Of a stretch of DNA of 64,000 nucleotides, positions 36,294 to 45,891 are shown in pieces. Position 1 is the first letter of the stretch, and every line of letters begins with the position of its first letter. The notes under the pieces are model-generated. The model was given only the letters and a program-made list of their open reading frames with translations, ran no database searches and was not told the DNA's origin. Source of the DNA: Casimicrobium sp. (lineage in GTDB: Bacteria > Pseudomonadota > Gammaproteobacteria > Burkholderiales > Casimicrobiaceae). The stretch spans positions 128,386 through 192,385 of the forward strand of contig JBEBJR010000001.1 in NCBI GenBank assembly GCA_040079845.1, read 5' to 3'. The position numbers and the translations under genes are program-made.

Positions 36294-37295
36294 ATGAAAG
36301 CATTCATCGTTGATCGATATGGAAAAAAAGAGAGTTTGCGTCTGGCCGATGTGCCGGAACCTTCGCTGCGCGACGACGAAGTCTTGGTGCGGGTTCACGC
36401 TGCTGCGGTCAACCTGATCGACGCCAAACTTCGGAACGGGGAATTTAAGCTCCTCCTGCCGTACCAGCCGCCATTTGTGTTGGGGCATGACGTCGCTGGT
36501 GTCGTGGTTCGTGTCGGTGCGCGCGTGCAGAAATTCGAAGTGGGAGACGAGGTCTATTCGAGGGTTGACGATTTCCAGATCGGCACGTTCGCAGAGTTCA
36601 TCGCCATCAACGAGGACTCCGTGGCGATCAAGCCCCACAACCTCACGATGGAAGAGGCGGCCTCTATCCCGCTGGTAGGTTTGACGGCGTGGCAGGCATT
36701 GGTTGAAAACGCACAGCTAAAACTGGGTCAGAAAATCTTCATTCAGGCAGGCTCTGGCGGTGTCGGCACGTTTGCCATTCAGCTTGCCAAACACTTGGGT
36801 GCGACCGTAGCGACGACGACCAGCGCGGGAAATGTCGCCTTGGTGAAAAGTCTTGGTGCGGATGTCGTTGTTGATTACAAAACGCAGGACTTTGAGGACG
36901 TCTTGCGCGGCTATGACATCGTTCTTAACAGCCAAGATGGCAAGACACTTGAGAAGTCTTTAAATGTCCTGAAGTCTGGCGGAAATCTTATCTCCATCTC
37001 CGGTCCGCCTGATCCAGAGTTTGCCGAAGCGATCAAGGCGTCTTGGTTGGTGAAACAGGCCACGCGTGCGTTGAGTTTTGGCGCACGAAGAAAAGCAAAG
37101 CGACTCGGCGTTGACTATTCATTCCTATTCATGAAAGCCAGCGGAAGTCAGTTGCAGCAGATCACGCCACTGATCGAATCGGGGGTTATACGCCCGGTCG
37201 TAGATATGGTTTTCCCATTCGCTTCTACCAATGAGGCGCTGGCCTACGTCGAGAGTGGGCGCGCCAAGGGGAAGGTCGTCATTACCGTTCGATGA
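36294..37295 (+). CDS. Zinc-independent MDR-family NAD(P)H:quinone oxidoreductase-like protein
   Basis: 333 aa with GHDVAGVV and the AGSGGVGTFAIQLAK Rossmann motif. Confidence 0.8.
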   Translation: MKAFIVDRYGKKESLRLADVPEPSLRDDEVLVRVHAAAVNLIDAKLRNGEFKLLLPYQPPFVLGHDVAGVVVRVGARVQKFEVGDEVYSRVDDFQIGTFAEFIAINEDSVAIKPHNLTMEEAASIPLVGLTAWQALVENAQLKLGQKIFIQAGSGGVGTFAIQLAKHLGATVATTTSAGNVALVKSLGADVVVDYKTQDFEDVLRGYDIVLNSQDGKTLEKSLNVLKSGGNLISISGPPDPEFAEAIKASWLVKQATRALSFGARRKAKRLGVDYSFLFMKASGSQLQQITPLIESGVIRPVVDMVFPFASTNEALAYVESGRAKGKVVITVR

Positions 37296-37335
37296 ACCGC
37301 CTTCAAGGCGAGCCAACGTGTTTGCGCGTCCATTC

Positions 37336-37353
37336 ATATGATGATCATCATAT
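37336..37353. promoter_or_regulatory. Perfect 18-bp palindrome ATATGATGATCATCATAT (candidate TetR operator)
   Basis: Exactly self-complementary. Lies 30 nt upstream of the SDR gene start. Confidence 0.45.
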
Positions 37354-37383
37354 TTGCATCACTAACTTCCTTTGGAGTTCCCA

Positions 37384-38088
37384 ATGAAACTTGAAAATTC
37401 TGTCGTCCTCGTCACCGGTGCAAACCGCGGAATCGGACTGGCTTTTGCACGGGCGCTACTTGCTCGCGGCGTCCGCAAGGTTTACGCGGCTGCACGAAAC
37501 CCAGCAACAGTCACCCTTCGAGGCGTTCAGGCGTTGCAGCTTGACGTCACCAAGCCCGAAGAAGTCGCTGCGGCCGCCCAATATGCGGCGGACGTGACGT
37601 TGGTCATCAACAACGCTGGCATCGCCCAACCCGGCGGTTTTCTCGCGCCGGACAGCGAAACCGTCTCCCGTCGCATTTTTGAGACCAACGTCTTCGGCAT
37701 GTTGAGTATGAGCAAGACCTTCGCGCCTGTGCTCAAAGCCAACGGTGGAGGCGCACTCCTGAACGTGTTGTCGGTTGCGTCATGGGTCAACGGAGGCGAG
37801 TTGGCGGCCTACTCAGCCAGCAAATCCGCCGCGTGGTCGCTGACCAATGCACTGCGCCATGAGTTGGCAGCGCAAAAAACCCAAGTGTTGGGATTGCACA
37901 TGGCGTATGTGGACACCGCCCTGACGCGAGGCTTCGATGTGCAAAAGAGCAGCGCCGACGACATCGTCCAGCGCGCACTAGACAGGTTGGAGGCTGGCGC
38001 TGACGAGGTGCTAGCCGACGCGCTGACCCAGCAGATCAGGCATGGGCTAACGGCACTACGTCCGGTCTATTTGCCCCAAACCGCCTAA
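37384..38088 (+). CDS. Short-chain dehydrogenase/reductase
   Basis: TGANRGIG cofactor motif and YSASK catalytic motif. GGAG lies 6 nt upstream of the ATG. Confidence 0.85.
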   Translation: MKLENSVVLVTGANRGIGLAFARALLARGVRKVYAAARNPATVTLRGVQALQLDVTKPEEVAAAAQYAADVTLVINNAGIAQPGGFLAPDSETVSRRIFETNVFGMLSMSKTFAPVLKANGGGALLNVLSVASWVNGGELAAYSASKSAAWSLTNALRHELAAQKTQVLGLHMAYVDTALTRGFDVQKSSADDIVQRALDRLEAGADEVLADALTQQIRHGLTALRPVYLPQTA

Positions 38089-38122
38089 ACAAAACACCAA
38101 CACACCCATTCGAAAGACCACA

Positions 38123-39199
38123 ATGCTATTCACACCGCTTAATACATCGTCGTTGCACCTAAGCAATCGCGTCGTCATGTCGCCGCTTACCCGGAGCCGT
38201 GCTTCACAAGACAACATTCCGACAGCGCTGATGGCCGAGTACTATGGCCAACGTGCGACGGCGGGCTTGATCATCACCGAAGGTACTTCACCATCGCCCA
38301 ACGGGCTGGGATATGCGCGCATTCCCGGTCTTTTCAATGCCGCCCAAGTCGCGGGCTGGAAGCAGGTGACCGATGCCGTGCATTCAAAAGGCGGAAAGAT
38401 CGTCGTGCAACTCATGCATACCGGAAGGGTAACGCACGTTGCCAATCTACCGGCTGGGGCTGAGGTGCTGGGGCCCTCAGCAGATGTGTGCCCTGGGGAG
38501 ATGTACACGGATTCCGAAGGCATGCAGGCACATTCAACGCCCAGAGCGATGACGCGTGCGGACATTGCGGCCACTGTTGCTGAGTATGTGCAATCCGCCA
38601 AGCTGGCCATCGAGGCGGGCTTTGACGGCATTGAGTTGCATGCTGCGAATGGCTACCTGATAGAGCAGTTCTTGAATGCCAACGTCAACAAGCGGACGGA
38701 TGACTATGGCGGCAGCATTGAGGGGCGTAATCGCTTTGCACTAGAAGTTGCACGCGCAACTGTTGGCGCAATCGGCGCCGATAAGGTGGGAATTCGACTG
38801 TCCCCACACGGTGTTTTGGGGAGCACGGGCACATTCGCTGAAGTGGATGCGCAATACCTCGCACTGACGCAAGCTTTGTCGACACTTGGGCTGGCGTATC
38901 TCCACGTTCTGGATCATTCCGCCTTGGGTACACCCCCTGTGCCGGATGCCACCAAAAAAGCCTTGCGTGCCGCATTCAACGGCACCTTCATCCTTGCCGG
39001 TGGGTTTGACCGGGCGAGCGCCGAGGCTGCCCTCACTGAGGGGCGTGCGGACCTGATTGCATTTGGCCGACCGTTTATCGCCAATCCGGATTGGGTGAGC
39101 CGCATGCAGCGCGGCGCCACAGGCAACGCGCTGGACATGTCCACGTTCTACACGCCCGGAGCAAAGGGCTACACCGATTACCCAGCTTTAGGCGCTTGA
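38123..39199 (+). CDS. Old Yellow Enzyme-family NADH:flavin oxidoreductase (NemA-like alkene reductase)
   Basis: 358 aa with LSNRVVMSPLTR and HAANGYLIEQFL. Confidence 0.85.
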   Translation: MLFTPLNTSSLHLSNRVVMSPLTRSRASQDNIPTALMAEYYGQRATAGLIITEGTSPSPNGLGYARIPGLFNAAQVAGWKQVTDAVHSKGGKIVVQLMHTGRVTHVANLPAGAEVLGPSADVCPGEMYTDSEGMQAHSTPRAMTRADIAATVAEYVQSAKLAIEAGFDGIELHAANGYLIEQFLNANVNKRTDDYGGSIEGRNRFALEVARATVGAIGADKVGIRLSPHGVLGSTGTFAEVDAQYLALTQALSTLGLAYLHVLDHSALGTPPVPDATKKALRAAFNGTFILAGGFDRASAEAALTEGRADLIAFGRPFIANPDWVSRMQRGATGNALDMSTFYTPGAKGYTDYPALGA

Positions 39200-39201
39200 C
39201 C

Positions 39202-40185
39202 ATGGAATCTAGATCTTTGAAATATCTTTCTAAAGCTGCAGTGACCGGACTCGCATTTGCTTTTCCGTTCCTATCAACACTAGCGGGTGCAGCAGATGCG
39301 GTGCCCTCTGCGGTGGGCCATAACCTGCCAATGTCTAGCCAATCGTCTGGCGAGTCCTGGAAAACAGTGCCCACGCAAACCATCACCGGCGGTGACGTGA
39401 CGTTTGCATACCGAGAAATGGGAAAGAAAAATGGTGGAACGCCCGTAGTGTTTCTTGTGCATTTGGCCGCGGTGCTGGACAACTGGGATCCGCGTATCGT
39501 GGACGGCATCGCTGCCAAACATCACGTGATCGCGTTTGATAACCGCGGCATTGGCGCATCCAGCGGCTCGCCGTCAAATTCGATGGAGCAGATGGCCGAC
39601 GACGCCATCACTTTCATCAAGGCCAAGGGATTGAAGCAAGTTGACCTTTTGGGATTCTCCATGGGCGGCATGATCGCCCAAGAAATCGTGTTGAAGGAGC
39701 CTCAACTTGTTCGCAAAATGATCATCGCAGGAACAGGCCCCGCCGGTGGTGAAGGCATCAGCTCCGTTGCGGGTGTGACCTACTACGACATGCTGCGAGG
39801 TTTCTTGACGGGTCAGGATCCCAAGCAATTTCTCTTCTTCACGCGAACGCCGACAGGTATCGAAGCCGGGAAAGCGTTTCTGAAGCGCCTGAAGGAGCGG
39901 TCGGAACATCGCGACAAGGAAATCAGCATCAGCGCGCTTTTAGCGCAGTTAGAGGCGCTGAAGGCTTGGGGCAACAAAAAGCCCGCCGACCTTTCCGTGA
40001 TCAAGCAGCCAGTGCTCGTGGTCAACGGCGATGATGATCGGATGGTTCCAACCAAGAACACGCACGACTTGGCACGTCGACTTCCGAACAGCACCTTGAT
40101 CATTTACCCCGACGCAGGACATGGCGGCATCTTCCAGTATCACGCCACCTTTGTGCCCAGCGCTCTGGAGTTTCTCGCTAAGTAG
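39202..40185 (+). CDS. Secreted alpha/beta-fold hydrolase
   Basis: Signal peptide and a GFSMGG nucleophile elbow. Start moved to ATG 39202, because the ORF-track start lies inside the OYE gene. Confidence 0.8.
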   Translation: MESRSLKYLSKAAVTGLAFAFPFLSTLAGAADAVPSAVGHNLPMSSQSSGESWKTVPTQTITGGDVTFAYREMGKKNGGTPVVFLVHLAAVLDNWDPRIVDGIAAKHHVIAFDNRGIGASSGSPSNSMEQMADDAITFIKAKGLKQVDLLGFSMGGMIAQEIVLKEPQLVRKMIIAGTGPAGGEGISSVAGVTYYDMLRGFLTGQDPKQFLFFTRTPTGIEAGKAFLKRLKERSEHRDKEISISALLAQLEALKAWGNKKPADLSVIKQPVLVVNGDDDRMVPTKNTHDLARRLPNSTLIIYPDAGHGGIFQYHATFVPSALEFLAK

Positions 40186-40192
40186 GCTTCGC

Positions 40193-40472
40193 TAATCTTC
40201 AAGGAAGCCGTGCAAGGCATGGCCGACGTCAGCGCCAAGGCGCTCGCGAAGGCTGGCGTCAGCGTCGAAGGCACTGATTGTGTTTGGATTACGCCGAATG
40301 GGGCGACCGAATCACGTCCATAGACGTCAGTGACGTTGAGCTAGCGCCCTGCGACAAAACCGCGTTGGAAATCGTGAACGAAATTCGCGTAGCGAGGGAT
40401 ATTCACGGGCGAAGTTCCGCTGGGCTTGCCGCCGCGTACTACGTGGACAAAAAGCCGTACGGGGCGAAGTAG
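40193..40472 (+). pseudogene. Decayed 3' remnant of a second fabH-like gene (with an internal deletion)
   Basis: 40195-40272 aligns to 34826-34893 and 40273-40472 aligns to ~35118-35314 of the intact gene. Identity is roughly 85-90% by eye, and about 225 nt between the two segments is missing. Confidence 0.8.
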
Positions 40473-40478
40473 AGTCGC

Positions 40479-41996
40479 CTAGTAGATCGCCGCGCACGCG
40501 GACGCCTCGACGATTTTGAAGCGTTGAACTGACGTAGCGGCAGCGTTCGTGTCGACGACGCAGGGTAGCAACGCTGAGACACGCACCTTTATAGGTTTCC
40601 CGAGTTGGATGATGCGATCTACGTCTCCCGTCGGATCGGCGACGCCGAACCGCTTTGCCATCGCTTCGATCAGGGCACGATTCAGTCTTGTGCCTGGATT
40701 CTTGCGTTGATCTGCAAGCAGCCAACGCAGAGCGTCATCGAGAGATTGTTCGCCTTTTGTCGCGGCGCGAATGTCGTTGTCCCAACTCGCTGCAAGCAGT
40801 AGGCCGCGCTGATACGCGATTTGGCCAATATTTGGATCAGCGTGAAAGCCTGCGGCTACGGCGTCGTTGCTCAGGCCTGAGTGTTTCGATGTAGATACCT
40901 TGAGCAGTTTTGAGTTCACTTCTTCTACAAACTCGCTCAAGCTGCGTTGGCGCGCGCGGAGCATCAGAATGTGCGTGTAGTAATCAGTGAAACCCTCGCT
41001 AAACCAATATAGTTTTGCTTGTGGTTCTTCCAATCCGCCGAAGGCTCTCGCTATCCATTGGTGGAGCGATTCGTGTACCCACACGTACTCAATGTCCTCG
41101 GGCGTGTTGTTTTGAGTTACGAGCGAGGTGAAACTGTTCAAGAGCGCAGTGCCGTTCATTGAGCTTCCGCGATCCTTCTCAATCGGCAGCAGCGTCACCA
41201 GATAGTCGCGTTTTTCCGCGTCACGCCAAAAATCTCTTTGGCTGGCGACGATCTCGGCGAGCCGCTGTGCAAACGTTTCATCGTCGCGCGACCACGACCC
41301 GCGGATCGCAAAGGATACTTTGTTCTTACTCTCGCCGATTTTCTTCTCGACGATTCGGAAGTCCCCGGCTACGACGAGTGATTGCGCGAAGGTGTTGGGG
41401 TTCCAGTTGAAAGCTAAATCACGGCCATTACCGAAACTCGTCGCTATTTTCCATTCTGGAGCGAAGTTTTCGAATACCAGCTTTGCCTTTTTGGCGCTTG
41501 CGCTCCACGGTACCACCCAAGTGGTGTAGCCAATCCAGTGCAGGTACGAGGGCTGCAGAATCGGTAGGTACTGGGTGCTCGCGGAAGCACGCGGTGGGGC
41601 AGGGTCAATTGCCACCAGATCGTAGCTGAGTTTGACCAGCGCTCCAGGCGGGTGTTCGACCATCTTTGAGAGTGCTGCGTGGTCGTTCGCTATAAGTTTG
41701 GATTGAGCGCTCAGTGTGGTGAGGTTGCCAATTCCCTTGTCTGCGCCCTTTGCGCTTGCCCATTCACGCGGAATGTATAGCGGCGTTTTGCCGGAGGGTG
41801 AGCCTGGGAAGCTCACGGTAATACGATAGGCGGTGAATGCGCCGTCTAAGCGTCGCACTTGGTACAGCACTTCCTGCTCGCGTAATGACTCGGCATCTTC
41901 GGCCACGGGTGCGCTAGCGCAGCCCAACAATACAAGCGCCACAGTTGATGCGGCGGCAACGACTCCAGCGCGCGATAAGGCGTTAAGACGGCGCAT
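40479..41996 (-). CDS. Lipoprotein zinc metallopeptidase, M61/gluzincin-like
   Basis: Lipobox VLLGC, HESLH (HExxH) and a downstream EGFTDYY. Start moved to ATG 41996. Confidence 0.55.
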   Translation of the reverse strand: MRRLNALSRAGVVAAASTVALVLLGCASAPVAEDAESLREQEVLYQVRRLDGAFTAYRITVSFPGSPSGKTPLYIPREWASAKGADKGIGNLTTLSAQSKLIANDHAALSKMVEHPPGALVKLSYDLVAIDPAPPRASASTQYLPILQPSYLHWIGYTTWVVPWSASAKKAKLVFENFAPEWKIATSFGNGRDLAFNWNPNTFAQSLVVAGDFRIVEKKIGESKNKVSFAIRGSWSRDDETFAQRLAEIVASQRDFWRDAEKRDYLVTLLPIEKDRGSSMNGTALLNSFTSLVTQNNTPEDIEYVWVHESLHQWIARAFGGLEEPQAKLYWFSEGFTDYYTHILMLRARQRSLSEFVEEVNSKLLKVSTSKHSGLSNDAVAAGFHADPNIGQIAYQRGLLLAASWDNDIRAATKGEQSLDDALRWLLADQRKNPGTRLNRALIEAMAKRFGVADPTGDVDRIIQLGKPIKVRVSALLPCVVDTNAAATSVQRFKIVEASACAAIY

Positions 41997-42016
41997 GCGT
42001 GTGCTTGTTGGGCGCG

Positions 42017-42907
42017 CTAGTGCCGCTCGTAATGCGGCACAGCTTCGCCTTCGCCGCAAAACTTGCGCAAGTAGGTGAGCCGACCTTCAGTGGCTTTGCC
42101 CGCGTTAATCAGGTCGCGCAGCGCGCAGTTGGGCTCGTGTAGGTGTTTGCAGTCGCGGAAGCGGCAGTTGCCAATCGCGTCTCTAAATTCGGGGAAGGCT
42201 TGCTGAATTTGCAGGCGCGAGTAGTGCGCCAAACCAAAGACTTGCATACCCGGCGAATCGATGACCCAGGTTTGGTTGTCCTCGCCAAGCGTGAAGAGGC
42301 GCGTGAACGTGGTGGTGTGTTTGCCCGAGCCTAGCGCCATCGAGATTTCATTGGTGCGCTGTGCTTCGGAGCCCACGAGCGCATTGAGCAATTTGCTTTT
42401 ACCCATGCCAGATTGACCGATCAGCACCGAGCGCTCGCCCATCAAGCGTTCGCGCATGGGAGTGTCATTGAATTTTGCTGAGAATGGGATGACTTCGTAG
42501 CCCATGTCCTTGTAGCGCGCGAGTGCGTTGGCCGTGGCGGCGGCTTCTACGAGATCGACTTTGTTTAATCCGATGATGGCTTTGACGTTGCTCGCTTCAG
42601 CGCAGACGAGCCATCGATTGAGCAGCTCGTCGGCGTAGACCGGAAGCGGCGCAACGATGCAGGCCACCTGCGTGACGTTCGCGGCGACCAATTTTTCTTT
42701 GAACGAATCGGCGCGGTAGAAGAGAGACGTGCGCTCACCCACGGATTCGATGATGCCTTCTTTGTCGCTTGACGTTGAAAGGCTTACCTGATCGCCGCAC
42801 GCCAGCTGAATACCGCGCCCTTTGCTGATGCAGGTAATGCGCGAACCATCCGGGAGTTGCACCACCGAGTGGCGGCGCTGCGTTTCGATCACTAGGCCTT
42901 GCTGCAT
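42017..42907 (-). CDS. rsgA: Ribosome small-subunit-dependent GTPase A
   Basis: Circularly permuted G-domain (NKVDL ... GQSGMGKS) and a C-terminal Zn knuckle (CRFRDCKHLHEPNC). Confidence 0.9.
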   Translation of the reverse strand: MQQGLVIETQRRHSVVQLPDGSRITCISKGRGIQLACGDQVSLSTSSDKEGIIESVGERTSLFYRADSFKEKLVAANVTQVACIVAPLPVYADELLNRWLVCAEASNVKAIIGLNKVDLVEAAATANALARYKDMGYEVIPFSAKFNDTPMRERLMGERSVLIGQSGMGKSKLLNALVGSEAQRTNEISMALGSGKHTTTFTRLFTLGEDNQTWVIDSPGMQVFGLAHYSRLQIQQAFPEFRDAIGNCRFRDCKHLHEPNCALRDLINAGKATEGRLTYLRKFCGEGEAVPHYERH

Positions 42908-42928
42908 GCGGGTATCCGGTTTACGAGT

Positions 42929-43282
42929 TCAGGTGAGAGAACGAGCGACTTCGATGCGAGCGGCACAGATGAAATCGTTTAACGAAATGCCGCCTTTGCC
43001 GTGTTCAACGTCGTGCGTGTTGAACGCAATGTCAATGTGCCCATAGCGCACAGCAAGGTCGGGGTGATGGTCGGTCGCGTGTGCGATGGCGGCGACGACG
43101 TTCACAAACGCCATCGTCTCGTAGTAATTTTTGAATGTGAATCGTTTGCTGATTTGCGCATCGGCGAATCGCCAGCCGGGCAGTGCGCGCAGGTGCGATT
43201 CAATTTGCTCCGGCGTGAATGCCGCGTTGCCGTGTTGTGGTTCGGCGGGCAATTGGGAGAGGGCTTGCAGATTGACCAACAT
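42929..43282 (-). CDS. phhB: Pterin-4a-carbinolamine dehydratase
   Basis: 117 aa with the core HATDHHPDL...FNTHD. Start moved to ATG 43282. Confidence 0.8.
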   Translation of the reverse strand: MLVNLQALSQLPAEPQHGNAAFTPEQIESHLRALPGWRFADAQISKRFTFKNYYETMAFVNVVAAIAHATDHHPDLAVRYGHIDIAFNTHDVEHGKGGISLNDFICAARIEVARSLT

Positions 43283-43284
43283 CG

Positions 43285-44568
43285 CTATTGCGCCTGTAAA
43301 TGCGCGATGCGAATCATCGCCGGCGGATGCGAGTGGTGGTACGCGGAGTAAATCGGGTCCGGCGTGAGTGTGTTGGCGTTGTCTTTGTAGAGCTTTGTCA
43401 GCGCCGTCACCAGATCGTCGCGGCTCGCGACGCTTGCTGCGTATGCATCGGCTTCGAATTCGTGTTTGCGTGAATACGCCGACGCAATGGGAGTGAGCCA
43501 AAACAAGAGCGACGGCAGCACAATTGCAAAGAGTACCAGCGCCACACCGGGTGAATTTTTGCCTGTGTCGCCCGCGAAGCTAAACGCGGTGTAGAACCAC
43601 GGTTGCGGCAATACCCACGCCACCGCGCCCAAAAACGCAAGGCTCGCGATGGCCATGAAAACTATGCGCTTAACGATGTGCTTGCGCTTGAAGTGGCCCA
43701 GCTCATGCGCGAGCACGGCGACGATTTCGTTGTTGGTTAATCGCTCCAACAGCGTGTCGAAAAAGACGATGCGCTTTGCCTTACCGAAGCCCGTGAAGTA
43801 CGCGTTTCCGTGGGCGGAGCGCTTTGAGCCGTCCATCACGAATAACCCGTTGCTCGCGAAATCAGTGCGCGCGAGCAGGCCTTCGATGGCCGTTTTTGTC
43901 TCGCCTTCCTGCAACGGCGTGAACTTGTTGAAGAGCGGCGCGATGAATGTGGGGTAGAGCGCGAGCATCAGCAGTTGAAATCCGATGAACACCAGCCACG
44001 CGTACACCCACCACAGCGGCCCAGCCGAGCGCATAAGCCAGAACACCAGCGCGGCGAGCGGGAGCATTAGCGCGGCGGAGAGTAGCGTGCCTTTCACTAG
44101 ATCCGCCCAGAACGTCGCTCGGGTGGTCTTGTTGAAACCGAACTTCTCTTCGATATTGAAGGTGCTGAAGTAGCTAAACGGAATCGAAATGATGCCAGTG
44201 ACAACGGAGAGCAGGGCGACGAGTGCGACTTCGCGCAGCACGGGCATCTCGGCCAGTAGAGCGGTGAAGTTCCACATCCGACTGAGCCCGCCAAACAAAA
44301 TTAGCGCCGAGACGATAAGCCCAACCGCTGCCTCGACCTTGCCGAGCTTACCTTTCGCAAGCGTGTAATCAGCGGCGCGCTGGTGGTCCGCAAGCTCGAT
44401 GCGCTCGGCGAACGGCGCGGGCACTTCGTCTCGCCATGAGGCGACGCAGTCAAGATGACGGTTCAGCAGCCAACGTTCAACGAAATAGTGCAGCAGCATC
44501 ACCGCCATCATGATCGTGGCGAAGGTGGTGGCGAACGAGGAGGGATTGACGACGGTCTCGGTAGGCAT
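43285..44568 (-). CDS. M48-family (Ste24/HtpX-like) membrane zinc metalloprotease
   Basis: 427 aa. Multi-TM N-terminus and the [10 protein letters not shown] motif. Confidence 0.85.
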   Translation of the reverse strand: MPTETVVNPSSFATTFATIMMAVMLLHYFVERWLLNRHLDCVASWRDEVPAPFAERIELADHQRAADYTLAKGKLGKVEAAVGLIVSALILFGGLSRMWNFTALLAEMPVLREVALVALLSVVTGIISIPFSYFSTFNIEEKFGFNKTTRATFWADLVKGTLLSAALMLPLAALVFWLMRSAGPLWWVYAWLVFIGFQLLMLALYPTFIAPLFNKFTPLQEGETKTAIEGLLARTDFASNGLFVMDGSKRSAHGNAYFTGFGKAKRIVFFDTLLERLTNNEIVAVLAHELGHFKRKHIVKRIVFMAIASLAFLGAVAWVLPQPWFYTAFSFAGDTGKNSPGVALVLFAIVLPSLLFWLTPIASAYSRKHEFEADAYAASVASRDDLVTALTKLYKDNANTLTPDPIYSAYHHSHPPAMIRIAHLQAQ

Positions 44569-44674
44569 GCGCTGTGGGAAAATCAGATTAGCTCAATTGT
44601 TGACGATTTTGACCAAATCGCGGCGGTTACTGCTCACCGTTCGCTGTTCACTGCTCACCTTCACCCAAAAAAAG

Positions 44675-45244
44675 ATGTCTCAAAATCAAAATCACCTCGT
44701 TTGGCTCGATATGGAAATGTCCGGGCTCGACCCTGAGGTTTGTCGGGTGTTGGAAGTGGCCATTGTCATTACCGACAAAGACCTGAACACTGTTGCCGAA
44801 GGCCCGGTGTTGGTCGTGCACCAGAGCGACGCGGTGCTTGACGCGATGGACGATTGGAACAAAAACACCCACGGTCGCTCGGGTTTGATCGAAAAGGTCA
44901 AAGCCTCGACGATGACTGAAGACGAAGCGTCCGAGCAAATGATTGAGTTTCTCGCGCACCATGTGCCCAAAGGCGTGAGCCCGTTGTGCGGCAATAGCGT
45001 GCATCAAGATCGCCGTTTTATGGTGCGCTACATGCCGAAATTTGAGGCGTATTTTCACTATCGAAATCTCGACGTGAGCACGCTCAAAGAGCTGGCCGCG
45101 CGCTGGGCACCTGCGGTGAAGAAGAGCTTTCAGAAGAAAACGCGGCACACGGCTTTAGCCGATGTGTACGAAAGCATCGATGAGCTTAAGCATTACCGCG
45201 ATCATTTCATCAAACTGCCCACTAACGACGAGGGGGCGGTTTGA
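44675..45244 (+). CDS. orn: Oligoribonuclease
   Basis: [12 protein letters not shown] (DEDDh exo I) and [11 protein letters not shown]. Start moved to ATG 44675. Confidence 0.9.
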   Translation: MSQNQNHLVWLDMEMSGLDPEVCRVLEVAIVITDKDLNTVAEGPVLVVHQSDAVLDAMDDWNKNTHGRSGLIEKVKASTMTEDEASEQMIEFLAHHVPKGVSPLCGNSVHQDRRFMVRYMPKFEAYFHYRNLDVSTLKELAARWAPAVKKSFQKKTRHTALADVYESIDELKHYRDHFIKLPTNDEGAV

Positions 45245-45771
45245 AGTTTTGTTCCACCTGCGGCAGCGCGGACATAGCGCTGCGGACGCCCGAGGGCGAC
45301 CATCGCGAGCGCTTTGTGTGTGGGGCTTGCGGCGCGGTTCACTATAAAAATCCGCTGATTGTGTGCGGTGTGATTCCGGTGTACGGCGACAAGATCATGC
45401 TCTGCCGTCGCGGGATTGAACCTCGCTTCGGCAAATGGACGCTGCCGGCCGGTTTCATGGAAAACAACGAGACGGTTGAAGAGGGCGCGCAACGCGAACT
45501 CCTCGAAGAATCGCTGGCGACGGTGACGCTCGGGCCGCTCTTGACGGTGCTTTCAGTTCCCTACATTTCGCAAGTCCACATGATGTACGTCGGCACGATG
45601 GCGGAACCGAAGTTTGGCGTGACGCCAGAGAGCACGGAGATTGCACTTTTTGACGAAACAGACATTCCGTGGAAAGAACTGGCGTTTCGTACGGTGTCTA
45701 CGTCACTTGAGCACTTCTTTGCATGTCGGCGCACGGGTGCGTTCACGCTTCTGAATGCGAAGATCGGATAA
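45241..45771 (+). CDS. Nudix hydrolase with an N-terminal C4 zinc ribbon
   Basis: CSTCG...CGAC zinc ribbon and the Nudix box [24 protein letters not shown] start overlaps the orn stop. Confidence 0.8.
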   Translation: MKFCSTCGSADIALRTPEGDHRERFVCGACGAVHYKNPLIVCGVIPVYGDKIMLCRRGIEPRFGKWTLPAGFMENNETVEEGAQRELLEESLATVTLGPLLTVLSVPYISQVHMMYVGTMAEPKFGVTPESTEIALFDETDIPWKELAFRTVSTSLEHFFACRRTGAFTLLNAKIG

Positions 45772-45772
45772 T

Positions 45773-45891
45773 AGCTTTTTAGCGCTAACGACAGCCAGGC
45801 GGTCGTTACAAGCGATTTAATACAATAGTCGATTAACGGAGAAAACGGTATGAAACTCAAGCTAGTCAGTCGTTGGAGCCATAAAGCTGTA
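45773..45891. repeat. ~119-nt palindromic element, copy E; its right arm lies inside the next CDS
   Basis: AGCTTTTTAGCGCTAACGAC-N9-GTCGTT ... ATAGTCGATTA ... GTCGTTGGAGCCATAAAGCTG. The GGAG and ATG 45850 of the downstream gene are inside the element. Confidence 0.7.

Noticed and set aside
39091-39201. ORF-track start of the alpha/beta hydrolase lying inside the OYE gene. There are analogous long N-terminal extensions for efp, DUF547, DUF3047, the decarboxylase-like gene, marR, zwf and orn.
   Set aside because: The extensions overlap upstream genes or intergenic repeats and lack signal-peptide or domain logic. The internal ATGs give canonical N-termini, several of them with SD sequences.
40278-40472. 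A 64-aa ORF that could be called a small stand-alone gene.
   Set aside because: It is the in-frame tail of a decayed fabH-like copy. Homology to the intact gene continues upstream of its 'start' to ~40195 and includes an internal deletion. It has no RBS, so it is treated as a pseudogene remnant, although expression cannot be excluded.
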